A DNA stretch of 64,000 bases from Bdellovibrionales bacterium (lineage in GTDB: Bacteria > Bdellovibrionota > Bdellovibrionia > Bdellovibrionales > CAYMLA01), in NCBI GenBank assembly GCA_965217115.1, contig OZ244239.1, forward strand, positions 1,536,001 through 1,600,000, in the 5' to 3' direction. The stretch's first letter is position 1. Every line of letters begins with the position of its first letter. Below, piece after piece: positions 40,778 to 50,615 of this stretch. A program made the position numbers and the translations under genes. Under the pieces are notes generated by a model that made no database searches, was not told the origin of the DNA, and worked only from the letters and a program-made list of their open reading frames with translations.

Positions 40778-41122
40778 TTAAAAACAGCCCCAGCATGCTA
40801 GGAAGGAGGTCGTTTTGTAAGTGAAATCAGAAAAAAAACGATTGTTTGTATATTCTCCAGTTGTAATCTGAGGGCAATCATAGCCCTCATTGCGGACATT
40901 TCTCTTGCAGTTTCTGGGGCTAGAATATGCACCCAGATAGTAACATTGTCCCTTTGGTTTTTTTGCCTCATATGTATAAACCGTTCCATGGGAGAAAAGA
41001 CGGTCATTTTGAGATACTATAGTATAGCTATCTTCAACCTCGTATCGACAAGACTCTGCAAAAGATAATTTTGATAATGAAAGTAGTAAGGTTATTCCAA
41101 ATATAACTTTTCTGATAAACAT
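40778..41122 (-). CDS. Small secreted Cys-containing protein
   Basis: AGGAGG SD; signal peptide; six Cys; preceded by the shared leader. Confidence 0.8.
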   Translation of the reverse strand: MFIRKVIFGITLLLSLSKLSFAESCRYEVEDSYTIVSQNDRLFSHGTVYTYEAKKPKGQCYYLGAYSSPRNCKRNVRNEGYDCPQITTGEYTNNRFFSDFTYKTTSFLACWGCF

Positions 41123-41275
41123 AAATTCCTCCTTAATTTTTATTATTCACTTGAGTAATAATTTTATCGTGAGATTTTCTCACAATTTTATTGCGTTCTA
41201 TTTAAAATACATAGTCTAAAATAGCATACTCTATCATAAAGGGTTATAATTTTTTGCTAGGAGGGTAATTTTTTC
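41123..41275 (-). promoter_or_regulatory. Shared 5' leader module
   Basis: TATTATTCACTTGAGTAATA, GTGAGA-TTT-TCTCAC, TTATTGCGTTCTATTTAAAATAC and TATAATTTTTTGCTAGGAGGGT. Confidence 0.7.
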
Positions 41276-41320
41276 ATCCCCCCCCCTCCACCCGAATTGA
41301 CCTAAAGCCGAATATACTGC

Positions 41321-42841
41321 TTATAGAAGGATTTTTTTGTCAAAACTGATATTATCTATAAATGTTTGGTCATGGGAGACAACAATTAAGGCTCCTTCAA
41401 AACTATTGAGGACTCTTTCTAAAAACTCAATAGTTTCAATATCAAGGTTATTTGTTATCTCGTCAAAAAGAATAAACTGGCATACTGGTTCTTGAAATAA
41501 AATTTTTGCAAGACTTAATCTCACCTTTTCTCCTTCACTTAGATTAGAGATGGTTTTGTAGATATCATTTTTTTTAAATAAAAATCCAGCCAGAATATTC
41601 CTTAATTCAGATTGACTCAAAGACGAAGTTTGCTGCATGTTTTCCAAGACTGTTTTTTTGTAACTTAGATGAGAAAAGTCTTGATCTACCCAGCCCTGTG
41701 TGGCCGAGCCCATAGATATCTCTCCTAGTGTTGTTGCATTTAAGATAGGTTTCCCAGCAATAACTCTTAAAAGAGTAGACTTACCAGCCCCATTATTTCC
41801 ACAAAGAACAATTTTTTGTCTTCCGAAAAAACTGAGGTTCAAGTTTTCTTTCCAAAGAAGGCTTTGCTTTTCATCAAATTGAATATTTAAGTTTTCTATT
41901 TGAAATAACTTCTTCGAATTAGGTAGCTTAACCTCTGGCAGAGGAAAACCAATTGATCTAACTTCTTTGACAGTATTTTGAAGTTTGACATACCTCTCAA
42001 TCTTTTCTTTAATACCTCTTTCAGTGGAAGAGCTTATTTTTTTCGCTGTAGTTTCAGCTATTTCTTTCTTTCCTTTAATTTCTACTTTACTAGCCCCTTT
42101 TCTTTTTGCTCTAGCATTTCCGCTAGCTCTCTTTCTTTCTAAAGATTCCTTTGTTTTCTTTGACTCAGACAACACCTTTTTTTTATCTTGTTTTGCTTGC
42201 TTAACTTGTTGAGTTAAGCGGCAGATCTCTTTTGATCGCTCTTGATAATAGAAGTCCCAAGATCCCCCATATATTTGAATTCCAGTTGATGAGAGTTCGA
42301 TAATATTTTGAACTTCTTGGAGGATTTTTCTGTCATGTGAAACAATTAGGCAACCTGCATCCATGTTCTTTATGATATTGGCTAATATTTTTTGTGATCG
42401 TTGGTCTAAATGATTTGTTGGTTCATCTAAAATTACAAATTGAGTGGATGATAAAAAACTATCTATTAATCTTAGACGTGCCCATTCACCTCCACTGAGC
42501 TGAGTACAACAGTGTTCAAGGTCAATTCCATCCAAGAGGTTCTGGTACTCAGGCCTTTCGTAGAAGACTTTATTGTCCCAAAATCTAGAAGCATAATTAT
42601 ACACTGGAACCTTAGGTGGAGACTGACTTTGTTCAAAGAGAGAGTATTGATTTTTTCTTTGTATAACCCCTTCAGTCGGAACTAAATTTCCATGTATAAG
42701 GTTGATAAGAGTTGTCTTGCCAAGACCATTAGCTCCGACAAGGCCATATTTCTCATTTGAATTGATTTTAAAGTGGAGATTTGAAAAAATGGAATCTCCA
42801 TTAGGCCATGAAAAGGCCACGCCATTAAACACAATAGACAT
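41321..42841 (-). CDS. ABC-F family ATPase
   Basis: Two nucleotide-binding domains (GANGLGKT/LSGGE/LDEPTNHLD; GNNGAGKS/LSEGE/FDEITNNLD), charged linker, no TM segments. Confidence 0.92.
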   Translation of the reverse strand: MSIVFNGVAFSWPNGDSIFSNLHFKINSNEKYGLVGANGLGKTTLINLIHGNLVPTEGVIQRKNQYSLFEQSQSPPKVPVYNYASRFWDNKVFYERPEYQNLLDGIDLEHCCTQLSGGEWARLRLIDSFLSSTQFVILDEPTNHLDQRSQKILANIIKNMDAGCLIVSHDRKILQEVQNIIELSSTGIQIYGGSWDFYYQERSKEICRLTQQVKQAKQDKKKVLSESKKTKESLERKRASGNARAKRKGASKVEIKGKKEIAETTAKKISSSTERGIKEKIERYVKLQNTVKEVRSIGFPLPEVKLPNSKKLFQIENLNIQFDEKQSLLWKENLNLSFFGRQKIVLCGNNGAGKSTLLRVIAGKPILNATTLGEISMGSATQGWVDQDFSHLSYKKTVLENMQQTSSLSQSELRNILAGFLFKKNDIYKTISNLSEGEKVRLSLAKILFQEPVCQFILFDEITNNLDIETIEFLERVLNSFEGALIVVSHDQTFIDNISFDKKILL

Positions 42842-42843
42842 AA

Positions 42844-42908
42844 CTACCTCGAATGTCGAAGAAAAAAAGAAATTCTAAAATAGGGTGAGGTAATTATAGT
42901 TTTGTCAT
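42844..42908 (-). promoter_or_regulatory. Putative translational attenuator: uORF MTKL* (42908-42894) with an anti-SD
   Basis: TTACCTC right after the uORF stop is complementary to the SD GAGGTAG. Confidence 0.6.
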
Positions 42909-43144
42909 AGAACCCAGCTTCCGCTGGATTTCCAGTATAACATAGTTGATATTTTAAAACAAACCTGATCTGCCTGACTAAACTTGGGGGAAGTTCACTT
43001 TAAAAACTTAGACATCTCTATTAAAACTTGCTTTTCTTTCTCAGAAGACTCCATAATAATGTGGGTTTTATAGAAAGAAAAACCGGTTTTACTCGTTGAA
43101 TCATGTATTTTATTTAGGCATTTGAGCTTATTTTGGGAGGCAGA

Positions 43145-44341
43145 ATGGTTTATTTTTTTTTATATATGGCTTTGATATTTGGTGGCACTACTCGTGCGGA
43201 TGAACAGCAGCCTCTTGAAGCAAAGCCAAAAATCCTTAGAACTGGTTACACGTCGGGTACATATAACAAGTTATCTTGGGGCGATGATCAACGTCTTGAG
43301 ATTGTCATTGGTGGTAATAAAAAATCATTTTGGTGTTGGCAGGGCTGTGAGAAGTTATCAAATTTAAAAGGTAAGCCTAAGATTGTTGTGTTTTGGCGAG
43401 AAGTGGAATCTTTTATTCCTGAAGCTGGTGAGAAAGTCAAGAGAACCGAGACAACACAAGTTTTCCTTGCTAAAGAAGTAAAAGCTTGTTCGATGTATAA
43501 GAAATTACCTCATTTATCCAAAGGGTGTGAGGGAGAGGCTTGCGGGTTTTTACAATATAAGAAGGCTGTTAAAAGTGTAAGTGTTTATGCTGAACCTGAT
43601 ACAGAGTCAAAAAAAATCGGAACTCTAAATAGATGTCAAAAGATTGATTCTTTTGAAACATACTCGAAGTTAAATGAGTATGGATTTGCTGAAGTGATTA
43701 AACCAAATGAACAACTCAAAAAAATAGGCGTTAAAAAAGGTGATTTAATTACAGTCGTTCGTTATCTAGGAGAGGGTTACCTAGCTGCTTGTGTAGGGAA
43801 AATAAAAATAGATGCAGTTGATTCAAAAAACGATCCTTATGGAAAACAAGCTTCAGTAAAAGTTCTTCAATATAATAAATCGGACGTTTGGGTAAAACTA
43901 AAGCTACAGTCTGGTGTATCTGGATATGTTCCTGATAAAAGTAACTTTTATATGGGATATGCTACTTATTATCCAGAGTATTTTTGTCCAGAAGATCATC
44001 CTTGTGGAAAAGATTTTTTAGAAAAATTAAAATTGATTGAATCAAAGCTAACTGAGTCATTTAATAAATATTGCAGAATAAGAAAAGGTTGTCATAGTTC
44101 TGACCCAAGTATTGAGTGTCAACTTTCTAAAGATGTTTGGAAAGATATTTCACCGCTTATTCCCAAAAATATTCAATGTGCAAACTTTGGCGTTTCTAAA
44201 ACGGCATGTGATAAGGAATGGGGAGGAAGTTTTACTTGTACTTGCCCAAATAAAAAGCAGAGAGGCTATTATTATAGTTACTCATGTAAAAAGGGTAATG
44301 GCGAAGGAGATTGCAGAATGGATTCGCCTTTTAAATTATAA
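43145..44341 (+). CDS. Secreted Cys-rich protein with an SH3b-like segment
   Basis: Signal peptide; VYAEPDTESKKIGTL and WVKLKLQSGVSGYVP; Cys-rich tail. Confidence 0.7.
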   Translation: MVYFFLYMALIFGGTTRADEQQPLEAKPKILRTGYTSGTYNKLSWGDDQRLEIVIGGNKKSFWCWQGCEKLSNLKGKPKIVVFWREVESFIPEAGEKVKRTETTQVFLAKEVKACSMYKKLPHLSKGCEGEACGFLQYKKAVKSVSVYAEPDTESKKIGTLNRCQKIDSFETYSKLNEYGFAEVIKPNEQLKKIGVKKGDLITVVRYLGEGYLAACVGKIKIDAVDSKNDPYGKQASVKVLQYNKSDVWVKLKLQSGVSGYVPDKSNFYMGYATYYPEYFCPEDHPCGKDFLEKLKLIESKLTESFNKYCRIRKGCHSSDPSIECQLSKDVWKDISPLIPKNIQCANFGVSKTACDKEWGGSFTCTCPNKKQRGYYYSYSCKKGNGEGDCRMDSPFKL

Positions 44342-44420
44342 AATTAATGATTTATTTATTCAATTCGTTTACCATTGGGCAAAATAAAAACAGCTATTTT
44401 TAGATTAAAGGAAGGAATGT

Positions 44421-44606
44421 TTACAAGGCTTTACTGTGAGAGCCACCAGGGGGGGGCGACGGAATTACGCCATATACCCAGTTGTGGAGCGTTGAGCGGT
44501 TAATCCCTAGCTTTCGTGCTACAAAGGTGAATGTTTGATTACTTTCAGCCAGAAGAGCTTTTAGGTCAGCAGGAACGCTGTCTGCAAAGACAAGAACTCT
44601 TTGCAA
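44421..44606 (-). pseudogene. HTH regulator fragment
   Basis: FTFVARKLGINRSTLHNWV resembles an HTH; no good start. Confidence 0.4.
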
Positions 44607-44807
44607 AAGATCAAAGGAACAAGGAAAGAGCGGTAAGGCATTAAAATTATTGGGTTTTATCTTTTTTAAAGAAGTGACATAATCACGTTATTTTTTGATA
44701 TTTTGACCTCTTTCAATCCATTAAACCATTAGTAAAAAAACCGATTTTGTGATAGCTATGTGCCAGGTGAAAATTTAATTAACTTGTTCTTATAAAAGAG
44801 GTGTCCA

Positions 44808-45110
44808 ATGAAAAAGAATCTATTACTTCCTTTCTTCATAATCATGCTAATTTCATCTAGCTCTTGGGCTAGTAAGATTTCTCTTAAAGTTACAGACCTA
44901 AAAACAGGTAAAGTAAAAGCTAAAATCACTATGCCAATGTGGGTGGCCAAGATGGGAGGTCATCTAAATAGTACTTTCAGTAGCAAGGAAAGTAATATTG
45001 ATGTGCTCTCTATAATAAAAGAAATTGAGAAAAAAGGATTAAAAAAAGGTCCATTCTTAGAGATTGAAGATCATGCCCAATCTGAAAAAGTTTCGTTCTT
45101 TATCGAATAG
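44808..45110 (+). CDS. Small secreted hypothetical protein
   Basis: GAGGT SD; signal peptide ending SSWA. Confidence 0.8.
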   Translation: MKKNLLLPFFIIMLISSSSWASKISLKVTDLKTGKVKAKITMPMWVAKMGGHLNSTFSSKESNIDVLSIIKEIEKKGLKKGPFLEIEDHAQSEKVSFFIE

Positions 45111-45150
45111 ACTAGGCTAGGCTAGGCTCTAAAAGCGAGCTTGTTCATTT

Positions 45151-45256
45151 AAACTAGGAGATTGCGACGAGGTCACTGTAAAGTGACCTTCTTCTTTGAG
45201 TTCGGAAAACATCGCTTTTAAAATCAACTTCTGAAAATCGAAAAAAAATCACATGA
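45151..45256 (+). repeat. Dispersed 3' element (copy I)
   Basis: CTAGGAGAT..AGGTCACT-GTAA-AGTGACCT..TCTTTGAGTTCG..GCTTTTAAA. Confidence 0.8.
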
Positions 45257-45263
45257 CAAGAAG

Positions 45264-45573
45264 TTAGCCCGAGCAGGTCAAGCTGATGGGATGGGGACTT
45301 TCAACGCCGAAACTGGCATAAGTTGAGGCGTGAGAATTAAGAGTCGTGTGCAGATGAGTGTTATTTTCCAGGCTTTTTGCTTTTATATTATCTTTATATG
45401 AGAATTCAATTTTACCATGATCATTCCCAGACCCATTCACTACACGAATTGTTAACCAATGACTTTCATTCAACTGGGATTTGTGACACGAGGAAATAAT
45501 ATTAATCTCATTAGCGTATGATAGAAGAGAAAAACTGTTTAAAGCCAAAAAAAGTTATCAAAAAAAATCTCAT
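45264..45573 (-). pseudogene. Secreted protein gene frameshifted in a T7 run of its signal peptide
   Basis: GAGG SD and ATG at 45573 (MRFFLIT) are out of frame with LALNSFSLLSYANE. Confidence 0.55.
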
Positions 45574-45946
45574 ATTTGACCTCTCAAAGTTATAATTAAT
45601 AAAGTTTCCACAAGTAAATTACTTCAAAAAGTTTACCAACTTCATATCGTAATCAAAGGTATTTTAGAGAGTGACCTCTGACTAAAAGACAGACAGTGAT
45701 ATTTAAAGTCACTTATGACCGTGACATCTCCATGGAAGCCATCTGTTGGGATGAGAGTTTGTCGTGTATGTGCATTTGAGTAATTTTAGCAGGTATTCGG
45801 TGTGACCTGATTTTGAATCCGGAGTGAATGGGCTGCTAGGTCTTTTGCCCAGATATTTTATCTGATCTAGTCTAAATACTGTATTCAGTAACTAATCTTA
45901 ACAGCTATTGATATTTGTTAAAAAAACAGTGAACATATTAACCAAT

Positions 45947-48826
45947 ATGAAAAAACAAAAAAACATCCTAATAGCCCTTTTTAGCGTAATTGCAATCAGC
46001 TCTGTTTGTTACTTATTTTCTAATCAGGAAGAGACTAAAAAAAGGAAGCCTGCCAACGTAATTTCTGGAGTGGAGAGCGTAACTAATCTATTTGGACTCT
46101 CTATTGAAGGTTTATTTGAGAATATCTATAGCGTAGGAAAAAATATAGGGTCGGTGCCTTATGAGGCGATTAAACAAGTCATTATTGATCATAAGCTTGT
46201 TGCTTTTATAAAAGAAAGAAAATTAGACACTGAGGTGGAAGCTAGGATTTTAAAAAGATTAGATGATGAAAAATATGTTGCTCGTCTCGTCTCTTTCTTG
46301 TTAAATATAAAGCAGAATTACGTAGATAAAGACAAAGAAGAGCTTGTTAGCTTTAAAGGCTTTGTTAAAAAACAAGACTCTAGCTTTTTATCCAAAGGCT
46401 CAACTCACAGTTTATTTACAATTGAAGATCATGTTCCTAATCAAAAAAAAGAACAAAGTAGTACAAAGGCCCTCCCTTATGATGATTTGATTATTGCAGG
46501 AATAAAACTTTATGACGTATTGTTTATACAAAATGAATCTATAATAAAGAGCCAAGAGGATAATGGCTTTTCATATAAACGTCTTACGGAAAAAGACCAA
46601 GACATAGTTGATCAAGCAAAACCCATCATACGAAAGTTACTTCAAAGTATAGTTGAAGGAGCGGAAGAAGGAGATATAAAAAACACTCTTTCGATGATTC
46701 TGTCGACTGATTACAAACTAGAGGCTGCGACGGTCAGTCTTATAGATTTTGCAAGAGGGCTGGTTAATAAGTATTATTATGCTTTTATTAGTCAGTTTCA
46801 AAGAAAAGAGGAATTAGCTAGGTGGATGCTTTTATCTTACGATGAAAAACCAAAAGACTTAATGGCTTATCTAGAGCTTTCCCTGCAAAGAAAATATGCT
46901 GTACATATTGTGGTGGATGGCTTGCAAGGGCATTTATTAAAAAACTTAAGTAAGAATCATGAAGGTTCTAAATTTATAAAGCAAGTTTATGCAGATCATT
47001 TAAATGCCAAAGACTTCAAACCAAAGAATACCCCCACTATTTCACCTAAGCATATAACGTCATTAGAGTTTTTAAAAGAAATTCAAAATTCACCCTTTGA
47101 GAATAAAGAATATTTATCTTTTTTTAAAACATTATACGAAGAATACCCAAATAGCATAGCGCAACAAGGGGTGTCGAGTACCCCTACGATTAGCGTTCGT
47201 AATTTGCCCTTAATTGAAACAGGGGCTGGAGTGGCGGGAGAAGGCTCCACTGGGGTTCCTAATTTTCATTTTTATGATAGGAAAAAGCAGAGAGCTTTTT
47301 ATTTTTTTGGAAACGATGCTTTATTGTTAAGTGATTTAACTAAAGAATCTGGAATGAAGAATATGTTCAGTAGGCTTCCTAGAAAGGGGACTTTTAATTG
47401 TAATGCAATATATGACGATCTAGCCAAGCAAACTTATGATGGTCTTATTAATTTAGCTGTTGGCGAGAAAGTAAGAGATTTTGGTGAAAAATTATGTTTT
47501 AAAAATTTAAAAGCCAGAGCTAAAGTTGAAAAACAGCTAAGAGTTTTAAAAGAGAAGCTCTTAAAAAATCTAGGAAATGGCGGTATTATGAACAGCCTGG
47601 TGGGGTGGCTTCCTGTCATAGGTTCTGGAAAAAGGAATAGGCAGCTGATAGCAAGCATTGCAGAACTTGAGGATCAGGGCATGCCGCAATACTTGTTATA
47701 CTACAACCCATGGCCTGATCACTTTGCTCACTTTAAAGGTCCATTTAGTGATGAGATTATCTCCTCTACAGGGGAGCTTCCTAGATTAGATTACTGGCTC
47801 TCTCAACTTAATAGTATTTATGAAGAGTCTGGCGTTCTAAATAGAACACTCTTTGCCATGGCTGGAGATCATGGGTTGGCCCCTATATTCTTCGCTTTAA
47901 ATCCTGAGAGGCTTTTTGATAAACTGAATAAGAAGAATAGTAGAGCTATTATTGTAAAAAAGATATCCTCTGATGAAGGAGAGGGTGCAAAAATTAATCA
48001 CTCTTATAAAACTAAAAATATACACCCTGTAGATGTAATTGTTGCATCCACAGCTGGTGGTAATTATATGATGGATTTCTTTGCGGGGTTATCAAAAAAA
48101 GAGCGGGAAAGACAGGTCTATTACTCTGATTTAATTAATTGGAAGCCCCTAGACAATAGGGGTGAAATAAACATCATTTCATTTTTGGCTAAAGAATTGC
48201 GAGAAACTTTGGATTACTTAGTTGTGAGGGAGGCTAGGAGTAATTTAAAAGAAAGTCACACTCGCGTCATCGCTTATAGAAATAATCAGATGCACAATGA
48301 GTTAATAATAAGAAAAGGGAATAGAATTTATTACGAAATGAGTGATGGTGATTTACTAGATATCTATAGTGATCTTCTTTATAGAGAAGAATTAACTCAA
48401 GAAGAAGCAACACTGAAGGAGTCGAAGATAAAAGAGTGTTTGCTTCAGGCTAAAAAAGAAGACATTCACTCATGGTGTTCAGAAAAAGACTGGAGAGCAT
48501 TGACTTCTTTAACAGCTAGGCCAGATTCTGTAGTTCAATTAAGCCATTTATACGATTTAAAAAGAGCTGGTAGTGTTAATTTATTCCCCAAAGCAGGCAT
48601 TGGATATAATACAAAAGTACCGGGGAGACATGCCGGGGAATCCTTTCATGAGAAAGATGCATTTGTTGGCTTTTGGGGGGTTCCTGTGAAAGACTCTAAA
48701 GTGGTTGGTACTGTAGACAATGGCATCTTGGCTCCCACGATATATGAGTATTTAACCGGCAAAAAAGCTCTTAAGGGCAAGGATGGCTGGGGTTACCCCT
48801 CTATTTTAGAAACATTAACTCCTTAA
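45947..48826 (+). CDS. Alkaline phosphatase / nucleotide pyrophosphatase superfamily protein
   Basis: IVVDGL, STPTISVRN, DHFAH, AGDHG and GRHAG metal-binding motifs; N-terminal anchor. Confidence 0.85.
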   Translation: MKKQKNILIALFSVIAISSVCYLFSNQEETKKRKPANVISGVESVTNLFGLSIEGLFENIYSVGKNIGSVPYEAIKQVIIDHKLVAFIKERKLDTEVEARILKRLDDEKYVARLVSFLLNIKQNYVDKDKEELVSFKGFVKKQDSSFLSKGSTHSLFTIEDHVPNQKKEQSSTKALPYDDLIIAGIKLYDVLFIQNESIIKSQEDNGFSYKRLTEKDQDIVDQAKPIIRKLLQSIVEGAEEGDIKNTLSMILSTDYKLEAATVSLIDFARGLVNKYYYAFISQFQRKEELARWMLLSYDEKPKDLMAYLELSLQRKYAVHIVVDGLQGHLLKNLSKNHEGSKFIKQVYADHLNAKDFKPKNTPTISPKHITSLEFLKEIQNSPFENKEYLSFFKTLYEEYPNSIAQQGVSSTPTISVRNLPLIETGAGVAGEGSTGVPNFHFYDRKKQRAFYFFGNDALLLSDLTKESGMKNMFSRLPRKGTFNCNAIYDDLAKQTYDGLINLAVGEKVRDFGEKLCFKNLKARAKVEKQLRVLKEKLLKNLGNGGIMNSLVGWLPVIGSGKRNRQLIASIAELEDQGMPQYLLYYNPWPDHFAHFKGPFSDEIISSTGELPRLDYWLSQLNSIYEESGVLNRTLFAMAGDHGLAPIFFALNPERLFDKLNKKNSRAIIVKKISSDEGEGAKINHSYKTKNIHPVDVIVASTAGGNYMMDFFAGLSKKERERQVYYSDLINWKPLDNRGEINIISFLAKELRETLDYLVVREARSNLKESHTRVIAYRNNQMHNELIIRKGNRIYYEMSDGDLLDIYSDLLYREELTQEEATLKESKIKECLLQAKKEDIHSWCSEKDWRALTSLTARPDSVVQLSHLYDLKRAGSVNLFPKAGIGYNTKVPGRHAGESFHEKDAFVGFWGVPVKDSKVVGTVDNGILAPTIYEYLTGKKALKGKDGWGYPSILETLTP

Positions 48827-49091
48827 TTATTATTATTATTTATTTCAATTAAAGAATCAGTGAAAAGAGAACGATTTCGTTATTAAGTAAAGTTTAATTG
48901 CAGAAAAGGTGATTTTATTCGCTAAATCGACCCTGCCCCATTAAGCAACAGGGCGGTGTTGAGCAGAAGGTTTTGAGTAGCCAAGAGAGGCCGAGAGTCT
49001 TCTTAGTGAAGCTCAGAATAGCAGCCACGAGTTTTTTCAAGTTTGGGCATTTGCTCTTATGACAGGAATGGGGTCGAGTTATACGTACTAA

Positions 49092-49124
49092 AAAAAAATG
49101 GCTAGTCATCGACTGGCCATTTTT
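49092..49124. terminator. Bidirectional terminator
   Basis: AAAAATGGCTAGTC-ATC-GACTGGCCATTTTT. Confidence 0.75.
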
Positions 49125-49183
49125 TAATTATCAAGTTTTCATTAAATTTTCACTGTCTCTCTGAGTAGATGTTGGTCATCTAC

Positions 49184-49606
49184 CTAGTGACTGAACTCTG
49201 ATTTTAAATAGTAAGTAATAGGTTGAGGGACTTTTATCGACAAAGAATCACATCTCTGGAATTGGACAGTTATTCTTAGGCTCAAAGTCCCCTTTTCCAT
49301 ACCGCTATGCTGTCTTACATTAAGTATACAATTTAATTTACCATCAGAAACATCAATAGTTAATTCCCTCGCATCTCCATGCTGGTAAAGGCCCGCATAG
49401 TAAGGATTTATAAAAGACTCTGGAATTCCAATATCCACCTGAGATTCCTCTAAATTTAGAGAAGGATTGGAATGATTGACCTTTTCAACAACAATGTTCT
49501 TAAGAGTTGTATCACTAAGAATTACCGGCTGTATCACCCCCGCTATTGACGATGTCGCCGCTAAAAAAATTAATCCAAATAAAATATTTTTCATAAATGA
49601 CCTCAC
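49184..49606 (-). CDS. Small secreted hypothetical protein
   Basis: MKNILFGLIFLAATSSIA signal peptide; start probably at MKN. Confidence 0.75.
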   Translation of the reverse strand: MRSFMKNILFGLIFLAATSSIAGVIQPVILSDTTLKNIVVEKVNHSNPSLNLEESQVDIGIPESFINPYYAGLYQHGDARELTIDVSDGKLNCILNVRQHSGMEKGTLSLRITVQFQRCDSLSIKVPQPITYYLKSEFSH

Positions 49607-49658
49607 ATAAAATAGGTAGCTTTATTGCTACTATTGCTACTATTGCTACTATTGCTGT

Positions 49659-49675
49659 TGCTACTGCTATGCCAA
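49659..49675 (-). promoter_or_regulatory. Putative sigma-54 promoter
   Basis: TTGGCATAGCAGTAGCA: GG-N10-GC with TGGCA. Confidence 0.5.
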
Positions 49676-49977
49676 TCTCAAGTCGAAAATTAAAGGACTT
49701 CAGCCTTTATGGCTGTCTTTATTTTGAACAGTTTTTCTAATAAAACATGAAAAATGTAGTTAATTCAAATACTTACAGATTTAACTCCGTTGATTTCGAG
49801 AGTGACAAAAAAGGGGACTGAGTCCAGGGAGTCATACAGTCCATCCCTTTATGGAGGGGGACGTGATCTCATTAGCTCTTGTGCCTCTTCTTTGGCGGTA
49901 AGATTCCCGCTAGTGAGATACAAAGTTACTTCTCATATATGAAGGACATTAAAAAAAACTTTCTTCGCTTGAATACT

Positions 49978-50181
49978 ATGTCACTCAGGAAAATGGAACA
50001 GAATAGCCTCTTTACGAAGCGAGTTGAAGTTCGCTCAAAATATGAAAATCCTCACCTTTGTTATATTCCCAGCTCACGTCTTCCGAGATGGCCCAATGCC
50101 GACAGAATTACGTTACTGCATTAACTCAGCATCACTTAAGACTCATTCCTCTCGCTCAGCTAGAGAGAATGGGATATGGGC
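49978..50181 (+). pseudogene. msrB: Methionine sulfoxide reductase B remnant
   Basis: [15 protein letters not shown] and [17 protein letters not shown] spread over several frames, with a stop and deletions. Confidence 0.8.
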
Positions 50182-50252
50182 GATAGAAATTCCTTTTTTA
50201 GGGTTTTTATTAATCGACGACTCCATATAAATGTGTAAATATATGATTAATT

Positions 50253-50528
50253 ATGAAGAGATATTTATCACTAGCTGTTCTATTGTCGCTGTTTTTAATT
50301 CAGATCCATGGAGTCAACCACTCTGAATCTGATCAGAGTGATCGAGATCATCATTGTACAGTTTGTAAAACAGTATCTCATCAGCCGAGCCTTACCCCCG
50401 CAGGTATAGGTATGAATCTTACTCCCGATCTAGCTTTAGCAGTGACACATCTTGTTGCTGAGAATGATTTTACACCGAAAGCCTTTATTTTTAAAATCAT
50501 TAACCCTCGGGCGCCTCCAAGTATTTAA
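50253..50528 (+). CDS. DUF2946-like leader protein with CxxC and RAPP
   Basis: Hydrophobic N-terminus, HHCTVC, C-terminal PRAPPSI. Confidence 0.75.
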   Translation: MKRYLSLAVLLSLFLIQIHGVNHSESDQSDRDHHCTVCKTVSHQPSLTPAGIGMNLTPDLALAVTHLVAENDFTPKAFIFKIINPRAPPSI

Positions 50529-50615
50529 CAACAATCTATTTTATTTTTGGAAGACCTCTGCATATTTGTGGAAGTCAGTTGTTTTATTTAAATAATTTTA
50601 ATTGGAGTTGAAACC

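Noticed and set aside
42976..42997. Another IS3-like end (ACTTGGGGGAAGTTCA)
   Set aside because: Too short, with no partner end or transposase
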